This document shows, piece by piece, positions 57,524 to 64,000 of a DNA stretch of 64,000 nucleotides. A program made the translations under genes and the position numbers. The DNA is from a virus. Its lineage: Duplodnaviria; Caudoviricetes. Numbering within the stretch: the first letter of the stretch is position 1; each line of letters starts with the position of its first letter. The notes beneath the pieces are model-generated. The model was not told the origin of the DNA. It did not search any database and worked only from the letters and a program-made list of their open reading frames with translations. The stretch covers positions 2,400-66,399 of IMG/VR virus record IMGVR_UViG_2636416019_000001; one strand, 5' to 3'.

Positions 57524-57949
57524 ATGCCGAACACCGAAACGCGCGGGGTGCGCAATAGAAACCCCGGCAACATCGACTACAACCCAGCCAACCAGTGGAA
57601 GGGCCAGCTCCCGCACAATCCAGCGCTTGAGAAGCGGTTCGCGCGGTTCGACACGCCAGAGAATGGCATCCGTGCACTGGGCAAACTGCTGCTGACCTAC
57701 CAGCGAAAGCATGGGCTCAAGACGGTGAAGGCGATTATCAGTCGCTGGGCGCCGGCAGTAGAGAACGACACGGCTGCTTACGTGCGGGCCGTCGAGGCTA
57801 ACACCGGCACCCGGCCGGGGGCGGAGATCGATCTGACTCAGGCCCCGATCATGACCGGGTTCGTCAGGGCGATTATCCATCATGAAAACGCAGGGTACAC
57901 ATACCCGGACGCCGTACTGGCCGAAGGCGTGCGGCGGGCGCTGGCATGA
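57524..57949 (+). CDS. endolysin (lysozyme-like)
   Basis: RGVRNRNPGNI..F..PENGIRA..RWAP..END T..Y; followed by spanins. Confidence 0.8.
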   Translation: MPNTETRGVRNRNPGNIDYNPANQWKGQLPHNPALEKRFARFDTPENGIRALGKLLLTYQRKHGLKTVKAIISRWAPAVENDTAAYVRAVEANTGTRPGAEIDLTQAPIMTGFVRAIIHHENAGYTYPDAVLAEGVRRALA

Positions 57950-58467
57950 GCTCGGCACAGAAGCTGCTCGGCGCGCTGGTGCTGGCCGCTCTGCTGGTCG
58001 CCGTCGGCGCGGGCGGGGCTTGGAAGGTGCAGGACTGGCGCTACGGCAAGCAGCTGGCCGAGCAGGCGCAGCTTCACCAGGATGATCTGGCCGCTATCAG
58101 TAGAGCGGCAGCAACTCAGCAGCGCGCCGATCAGGATAAACGCCTTGCGCTCGAGCAGCGCCTGGCCATCGCCGACAAATCCCACTACCAGGAACTGACC
58201 AATGCTCAGAAAGACCAAGCTCGCCTGCGTGACCGCCTTGCTACTGCCGATCTACGGCTGTCAGTCCTTGTCGACGCCGCGGATACAGCCAGTGGCTGCG
58301 CAGTGCCTGCCGCCACCGGCACCGGCGGCCTGGTTCATGGAGCCCCGCGCGCCCGACTTGACCCAGCGCATGCTCAACGAATTGTCGGTATCACCGACGA
58401 CGGCGACCAAGGACTGATCGCGCTGGCGGCATGCCAAGCCTATGTAACTAAAGTCACTAAGGATTGA
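57946..58467 (+). CDS. i-spanin (Rz-like)
   Basis: N-terminal TM, coiled coil, L.ACQAY end. Confidence 0.88.
   Translation: MSSAQKLLGALVLAALLVAVGAGGAWKVQDWRYGKQLAEQAQLHQDDLAAISRAAATQQRADQDKRLALEQRLAIADKSHYQELTNAQKDQARLRDRLATADLRLSVLVDAADTASGCAVPAATGTGGLVHGAPRARLDPAHAQRIVGITDDGDQGLIALAACQAYVTKVTKD
58202..58417 (+). CDS. o-spanin (Rz1-like) lipoprotein nested in Rz
   Basis: +1 frame; lipobox IYGC; Pro-rich CLPPPAPAAWFM. Confidence 0.85.
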   Translation: MLRKTKLACVTALLLPIYGCQSLSTPRIQPVAAQCLPPPAPAAWFMEPRAPDLTQRMLNELSVSPTTATKD

Positions 58468-58678
58468 AGTGGTGAGTAACAAACACTAGGTGAGAACTAT
58501 TGCTGTGCTGAAGACTTGTATGTTTAAGTTTGCACGAGTTCTATAGCTTTTCATGTTTCGCGGGATTGGGTGCGAACTATTTGGTGATGTGGTTGTGTGG
58601 CTGTTTTTGAAATAGTGCCCCCCCCTCCAGAAAAATCCAGGTGGCTTAGGGGGGGGCGTTAAACATAGTTAGATTGGA

Positions 58679-59014
58679 TCAGTTTGAAGAAAAAGTTGCA
58701 ATGATTTGGTCGATGTATGTGACGTCTTTTTCTGTTCCGTCTTTGACTGTGCCATTGAATACAATGGTGAAATAATCTTTTTGGGCCAGAAGTCTAACTG
58801 AACCATTAGTTATTGTGACGCTGCCTGCGCCTTTTACTGGTTCAAAGCCTGGGTTTTCTAGCGTTAGATTTGCAGTGGTGCTGGTTAGGCCGAATAAAGA
58901 AAATACGATCGCGGTATTTTTATTGGAAGAATCTGCGGATGCATTATATGTGCTTTCTACGGAAAGATTGGTGGTGAGGTTTGTTGTGTTGCTGATTGAA
59001 TGGGTAGCAGCCAT
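58679..59014 (-). CDS. hypothetical Thr/Ser/Asn-rich protein (AT-rich moron)
   Basis: 111 aa, AAGGA RBS; GCCCCCCCCT/AGGGGGGGC stem downstream. Confidence 0.7.
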   Translation of the reverse strand: MAATHSISNTTNLTTNLSVESTYNASADSSNKNTAIVFSLFGLTSTTANLTLENPGFEPVKGAGSVTITNGSVRLLAQKDYFTIVFNGTVKDGTEKDVTYIDQIIATFSSN

Positions 59015-59299
59015 GTTGAAATCCTTCTCGAGTGGTTGTTGTGAATCAAATGTCTGATTCAACTTCGAGTCTAATCATTATTTCTCAGTTTTATAGGTGC
59101 AGTTTCTAGATTGAAGTGCGGTGCAGATATTGGATACCTTATAAATATCTAGTCTGCTCTGGTGCGCACAAGGCCTCTAGCCTGCGTATCTAGAGTGAAA
59201 TGGCGTTAAGAAAAGTGAGCCGGAATTATGATGACCGCTGGTCGGGCTTCTAGGGCCATGAACCAGCGTCCTTCTTCAGTCGGTGCTACTTACCGGAAG

Positions 59300-59974
59300 T
59301 CAGGTTTCAGGCTGAATCAGTTTCCCTCCTTGATTCCGCACATTGCCCACCTCCAACCCGACCCGAAACCACTCGAAAACCTCGGACGGCTCTCCCTGGC
59401 GCACCATCATTTCCTCTGCTCGCTCTTTGGGCGTGGCCAGGTCAAGCCACTCCCGGGCTAGCTCTGGTGCCAGGACCACCGGTCGCCGGTCGTGAATATC
59501 GACCATGCCGCCGGCGGAGTCCGCAGTGATGATCACAAAGCCATCGTGCTCCCGAGGAGGCTCATCAGCATGTGGCCAGTGACCAATCGACGCGCACAGG
59601 CTGGGCAAACCATCACGTCTCCGGATGTAGTAGGGCTGTTTTCCGTTTTCATCTGCGAGCCATTCAAACCATCCGTCTATTGGCGTGATCGCTCGATTTG
59701 GCCAGGCTGCGCGGTAATAGGGGTTGTGCGCGACTTTTTCGGAGCGGGCGTTGGGTTCGGCTCGATTGGTTGCCCAATGCGGCTTCCAGGACCACCTGAG
59801 AAGGTCGGCATGTAGCGCGCCGTTCTCCATGTGGAGCAGGGCGACCAGAGTTGTCGGTGGCACGTTGTGCCGCCCCAGCGGCTGATCGCCGACGGTGTTG
59901 ACCAGGGCCCCGGGCATGCTGAGCACCGCAACAAAGTCGTGGATGCCGTGGTACTGAGCGATACGTCCGCACAT
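59300..59974 (-). CDS. SRAP (YedK/HMCES) abasic-site protein
   Basis: MCGR start, NARSE, FEW, IHDRRPV. Confidence 0.93.
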   Translation of the reverse strand: MCGRIAQYHGIHDFVAVLSMPGALVNTVGDQPLGRHNVPPTTLVALLHMENGALHADLLRWSWKPHWATNRAEPNARSEKVAHNPYYRAAWPNRAITPIDGWFEWLADENGKQPYYIRRRDGLPSLCASIGHWPHADEPPREHDGFVIITADSAGGMVDIHDRRPVVLAPELAREWLDLATPKERAEEMMVRQGEPSEVFEWFRVGLEVGNVRNQGGKLIQPET

Positions 59975-60073
59975 GCTCGCCTCCGAAGTGATGGCCCACT
60001 TCTTTCAACGTAGACCAACGGGCGGGCCATTCGTCAGTGCCCGATTGATGGTCGGAGCACCGTGGGTAATATG

Positions 60074-60089
60074 CTGTATTTTTATACAG
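60074..60089. promoter_or_regulatory. LexA (SOS) box
   Basis: CTGTATTTTTATACAG between the divergent SRAP and 60104-60400 genes. Confidence 0.85.
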
Positions 60090-60103
60090 CATTGAGGCTT
60101 GCG

Positions 60104-60400
60104 ATGTACTTCAAGATTGTCCCGATGAGAGATCGAGGGATAGCGAGATCCTGGGAGGTGATAGGCAGGGATAGGCCGATCCGTGGCGACGTAAATATCC
60201 GCCACGAGATGTGCAAGATCATGAACCGTGACAGCAACATAGCCAGGATCCGACCGGTAATGCCGCTCGACCCTGAGTTGCTTCCGCCTTTGATTGACGC
60301 GTTTCTGTCCGGGATGGCAACCAACGCTTTCACGCTTAGCGGTATCGAAGAGGTAGACGGGCGCCTGTATGCGCAGTCGTGGTACTGCAGGCCAGAGTAG
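60104..60400 (+). CDS. hypothetical SOS-regulated phage protein
   Basis: 98 aa; L.PL.DA..M..F.LSGIE..YAQSW. Confidence 0.75.
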   Translation: MYFKIVPMRDRGIARSWEVIGRDRPIRGDVNIRHEMCKIMNRDSNIARIRPVMPLDPELLPPLIDAFLSGMATNAFTLSGIEEVDGRLYAQSWYCRPE

Positions 60401-60530
60401 GGGGGGGATTGTGTTCGGTCGGCAGGACGCCGGAGGAGGGTGATTTTCTTGCCGCAAAAATAATAGACGCCTTGATTCTATTGGCTTCCAATGCGCCTAT
60501 TTTTCTTCAATTGCGGCACGAAAATTAATC

Positions 60531-60543
60531 TAAGTTGTTGATT
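60531..60543 (-). promoter_or_regulatory. IHF site in the att arm
   Basis: AATCAACAACTTA fits WATCAANNNNTTR. Confidence 0.7.
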
Positions 60544-60559
60544 TACATGCTGTCGCCAA

Positions 60560-60621
60560 GGGACTTAAAATCCCCCGCTCGTAAGGGCGTGCCGGTTCGA
60601 TTCCGGCTTCGGGCACCATCT
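60560..60621 (+). repeat. attR core (62 bp)
   Basis: identical to 4166-4227. Confidence 0.95.
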
Positions 60622-60661
60622 TGCATTCCACAGAGCGCTTTTGAGTTCTTTGGAAGCCTTG

Positions 60662-60690
60662 AAAAACCTGCCTTCTGGCGGGTTTTTTCG
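60662..60690 (+). terminator. terminator after the tRNA-Leu 3' end
   Basis: AAAAACCTGCC-TTCT-GGCGGGTTTTTT. Confidence 0.75.
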
Positions 60691-60790
60691 TTTTAGCATT
60701 CCGTCGGAATCTTGCCCATTCTTCTCGAATCCAGTCATTTAGAGGGTAAAGTTAGGGGTAGTCTTTGGTTCGATTAAGGATAGTACCCTT

Positions 60791-62113
60791 ATGTCGCGCA
60801 CAACTGCTCCGCTTACCGACGCTGCTTGCCGTTTAGCCAAGCCAACAGACCGTCCCTACAAGCTTTTCGACGGCGACGGTCTCTATCTCCTAATCCAACC
60901 CAATGGCCGTAAAGGCTGGCGTCTCAGGTACGTAAAGCCTGACGGCCGGGAGGGGTTGACCTCCCTCGGCAGCTATCCGGTGATTGGCCTTGCCGATGCG
61001 CGCCAGAAGCGTTTAGATGCGAAGCGGATGCTCGCAGACGGCATTGATCCCGTTGAGAACAAGCGTAAAGCCAAAACGGAAAATGCTGTCAACGGCCGTA
61101 CCTTTGAAAGCGTTGCGTTGGACTGGCACAAGAACATGTCGGCCAGATGGACACCCGACCATTCCAAAAATGTGTTCAACCGTCTGAATAACTATGTGTT
61201 CCCGTTTATCGGTGCTCGCGCGATTGCTGATCTCGATACTTATGATCTGATGCAACCTTTGGAGGCGATCAGAAAACGTGGAACGATTGACGTCGCCTTA
61301 AGGGTACAAAGATACCTGCAAAGTATTATGCGTGAGGCAAAACGCCTTCGTCTTATTCCGATAAACCCTGCGTACGATCTTCAGGGCTTGATCAAAGCGC
61401 CGCGAGTCTCTCATCGGCCTGCATTGCCCCTTTCACGCCTGCCTGAATTGCTGACACGAATCTATGCCTACAAGGGCCGAGAGCTGACCCGGCTAACGCT
61501 CATGCTCTCGCTGCACGTGTTTGTTCGCTCGAGTGAGTTACGTTTCGCTCGTTGGTGTGAGTTCGACCTCAAGCGTGGCGTATGGGAGATCCCGGATACT
61601 CGGCCGGAGCTGGAGGACGTACGCCATTCAACACGGGGGACGAAAATGGCGGGCGATGTTCATCTTGTGCCTTTATCGCCGCAAGTTGTGGCCGTGCTTG
61701 AACAGATCCACACCCTCACTGGCACATTCGACCTGGTGTTTGCCGGTGATGCTAGGGCCTGGAAGCCGATGTCAGAAAACACCGTGAACAAAGCGTTGCG
61801 CACCATGGGATACGACACGAAGACAGACATTTGTGGCCACGGATTCCGCTCAATGGCCTGTAGCGCACTGATCGAGTCAGGTCTGTGGTCTGAGACGGCC
61901 ATCGAAAGGCAAATGAGTCATAGAGAGCGCAACAGCGTTCGAGCTGCCTACATTCACAAGGCAGAGTTCATTGAGGAGCGTCGGTTGATCATGAACTGGT
62001 GGAGCCGATACCTTACGGCGAATCTTCAGGAGCATGTCACGCCTCATGAGTTTGCGAATCTGGCCGGCGAGAATGTCACTCGATTGGCGACAAAAAGATC
62101 GTTCGCCAATTGA
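60791..62113 (+). CDS. P4-type integrase of a second island at tRNA-Leu
   Basis: arm-binding N-terminus (KLFDGDGLYL..LGSYP..LADAR), RSSELR, HGFRS, QMSH, AAY. Confidence 0.93.
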   Translation: MSRTTAPLTDAACRLAKPTDRPYKLFDGDGLYLLIQPNGRKGWRLRYVKPDGREGLTSLGSYPVIGLADARQKRLDAKRMLADGIDPVENKRKAKTENAVNGRTFESVALDWHKNMSARWTPDHSKNVFNRLNNYVFPFIGARAIADLDTYDLMQPLEAIRKRGTIDVALRVQRYLQSIMREAKRLRLIPINPAYDLQGLIKAPRVSHRPALPLSRLPELLTRIYAYKGRELTRLTLMLSLHVFVRSSELRFARWCEFDLKRGVWEIPDTRPELEDVRHSTRGTKMAGDVHLVPLSPQVVAVLEQIHTLTGTFDLVFAGDARAWKPMSENTVNKALRTMGYDTKTDICGHGFRSMACSALIESGLWSETAIERQMSHRERNSVRAAYIHKAEFIEERRLIMNWWSRYLTANLQEHVTPHEFANLAGENVTRLATKRSFAN

Positions 62114-62639
62114 TGCCCTCACTTCGGATAATTTCGACGTGACCAAGCGGATCGTGTGTAGTGCCCTGGGATGACGCGCTTGAGTTGAATGCGCCACCAT
62201 CCAGCCCTGACGCCGGTACTGCCGATTGTCTCTGTAAGTCCAGCTATGGCTCTTGCTCCGCGTACAAAGCGCTGCGAGTCTAGAATCTGTTATTTACAGT
62301 CAAACTCTTGCTCTCCGAAGAACATTTTGACTTAGCTCTAGGACGGTAGTTTCACAACAAAAAAAGTGCATTGTGCCCCCATTTTTGCCCCCAGTCGCGT
62401 CGAGTGTGCGAGCGACTGCGAATGGCGATTTATGAAAGCTACTAATACGGCACTTGCTGGCTTTCAATGTGTCCACCCACTATGAGGGGGAGTGGCGGCT
62501 ACGCGCTTGCGATGAGCTGGGCCCCCCTGATTTCAAGGCTACAATACGGCCTTCTCATGGTACCGACGGGACAAATAAGCGTAACCCAGATGTGATAACG
62601 TCTCGCACCTCAGCAAGCCGCGTAGACAAAGGAGTTCGT

Positions 62640-63596
62640 GTGGATAGGGATTGGGTAAGAGATCTGATTGAGAATTTTTCTTCGGCCACTATCGGTGACA
62701 TGGACATCCCGAAGCTAATTAACGACAAGTACCTGCACACACCCAATCGACTGTTCAAAATCAGAACCTGCAGCAAGCTCGCGCTGAAGAATCTGGCTGA
62801 GAAAACACTCTATCTGAGCGTAGCCAATGGATTCAACGATCCCTACGACACGGCTTTCTGGGTTGACTACCGAAAGCTCGCCGCTTGGGAAAAACTCGAC
62901 GAATTGGGTTTTAGCGAAGATCAAATCGCCACTACGCTTAAATCCGAGGATCCCATCGCAGCTGCAATAGCACTGGCTTCGGCTCAGGAGCCACCCACCC
63001 TGAACGTTAAGCACTGGCTTCATGAAGTCGGAGTATTGGCGCCAAATCACCAGGCTGGGCAGCTCCCATGGCTAATTGACCAACTCAAAAGCAGCTACAA
63101 AATCTGCAGCCTGAGCGAACGTGTGGATTCGGTGCTGATGTGGAGCCACTATGGCCTTGACCACACCGGATTCGCCATGGAGTACGACTTCACAGGCCTT
63201 CATCGAAATCACCTTTCGACCCTTACTCTATGGCCCGTCGCATACTCAAATCAACTGTTCGACATCACGCACATTCTCAGAGCTCAACGCCGGGAGAAAA
63301 ACTACAACGAGCTTTATGGAATTGCCGCCTCTCTGTGCAAGGCTGTCGATTGGCAGTACGAGCGAGAGTGGCGTTTAGTGGTTCCAGACGACGATAGAGA
63401 AGTCAAAGGATTCAATGTCCCCGCGCCCCTGAAGGCCGTTCATCTCGGGGCCAAAATCTCGGATCATGATGGGCTCAAGATCTTGAAGATCTGTAGTGAA
63501 ATCGACATCCCTGTCTACAGGGTCAGGCTTGCACCCCACGAGTACCGGATGATCTCGGAGCTTACTAGCCTGGACGATTGGTGTTCCTATCGTTGA
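62640..63596 (+). CDS. DUF2971 domain protein
   Basis: FNDPYD, CSLSE..LMWSHYG..HTGFAMEY, K..DWQYEREWR; AAGGAG RBS before the GTG at 62640. Confidence 0.85.
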   Translation: MDRDWVRDLIENFSSATIGDMDIPKLINDKYLHTPNRLFKIRTCSKLALKNLAEKTLYLSVANGFNDPYDTAFWVDYRKLAAWEKLDELGFSEDQIATTLKSEDPIAAAIALASAQEPPTLNVKHWLHEVGVLAPNHQAGQLPWLIDQLKSSYKICSLSERVDSVLMWSHYGLDHTGFAMEYDFTGLHRNHLSTLTLWPVAYSNQLFDITHILRAQRREKNYNELYGIAASLCKAVDWQYEREWRLVVPDDDREVKGFNVPAPLKAVHLGAKISDHDGLKILKICSEIDIPVYRVRLAPHEYRMISELTSLDDWCSYR

Positions 63597-63712
63597 AGGA
63601 AAGGTGCCAACGTACCTGGTAGACACCATTGTCCCTAGTCTCTAAATTTTGAAGGGGTCTCTGCGAGACCCTTACGCATCAATTCACGGAAAATCACAAT
63701 CAGGAGACTTGC

Positions 63713-64000
63713 ATGGACGTGAAGTGGGAACCGTTGGTTGTAAAAAACACAGGACTAGGCACCCTTCGGGGCTACCTGACAGAAGAAGGGAAGCTGTTTG
63801 TGGAGAACACGCCGGACGCTAACCTAGTAGGCTTTATGCCGGGAGGAATGCGCCCGGTGGGCGAAGCTGTGAAAAATCCTGAAAATGCCCTTATCGTCGC
63901 GGGCCCACAGGCGTTTGTGGGGGAATGGCTGTGGGAAGGTCGGGACAATAGTGCGAGAAATCCATTTACGCATCCCCCATTCATTTTCTGCCGAAAATGA
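63713..64000 (+). CDS. hypothetical protein
   Basis: 95 aa, AGGAG RBS. Confidence 0.6.
   Translation: MDVKWEPLVVKNTGLGTLRGYLTEEGKLFVENTPDANLVGFMPGGMRPVGEAVKNPENALIVAGPQAFVGEWLWEGRDNSARNPFTHPPFIFCRK

Larger units (their letters stand above)
4166..60621. mobile_element. lambdoid temperate siphoprophage, ~56.4 kb, apparently complete
   Basis: 62-bp direct repeats at both ends, integrase next to attL, full immunity/replication/head/tail/lysis modules. Confidence 0.96.

Noticed and set aside
31213-58467. split lysis cassette (holins before terminase, endolysin and spanins after the tail) as a novelty
   Set aside because: Common layout in Pseudomonas temperate phages
60560-60618. second tRNA-Leu gene
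   Set aside because: Lacks the 5' acceptor strand and D arm; it is the att duplication

Overview
Pseudomonas-like DNA dominated by an apparently complete ~56.4-kb temperate siphoprophage (4166-60621). It is integrated into tRNA-Leu(UAA) and bounded by a 62-bp direct repeat. The layout is lambdoid: int/xis, leftward early operon, cI/cro/cII switch with 5 operators, O/P-like replication with iterons, nin region, Q and pR', holins, terminase-portal-capsid, lambda-like tail M-L-K-I-J, fibre, endolysin and nested spanins. To the left is the right end of another element integrated at tRNA-Cys, plus decayed genes. To the right a second island with a P4-type integrase and a DUF2971 gene begins at the same tRNA-Leu 3' end. 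Most interesting: (1) a 45-aa late-operon peptide resembling the C-terminal segment of the phage's own central tail fibre J, convergent with an antisense 73-aa gene (candidate tail-assembly-inhibitor/decoy pair); (2) two tandem tRNA-shaped kissing-loop RNA elements in the pL transcript; (3) a covarying 36-37-bp palindromic DNA motif present four times in different frames; (4) a BstA abortive-infection homologue with a candidate aba element; (5) many antisense morons. All family assignments come from motif recognition, not database searches.
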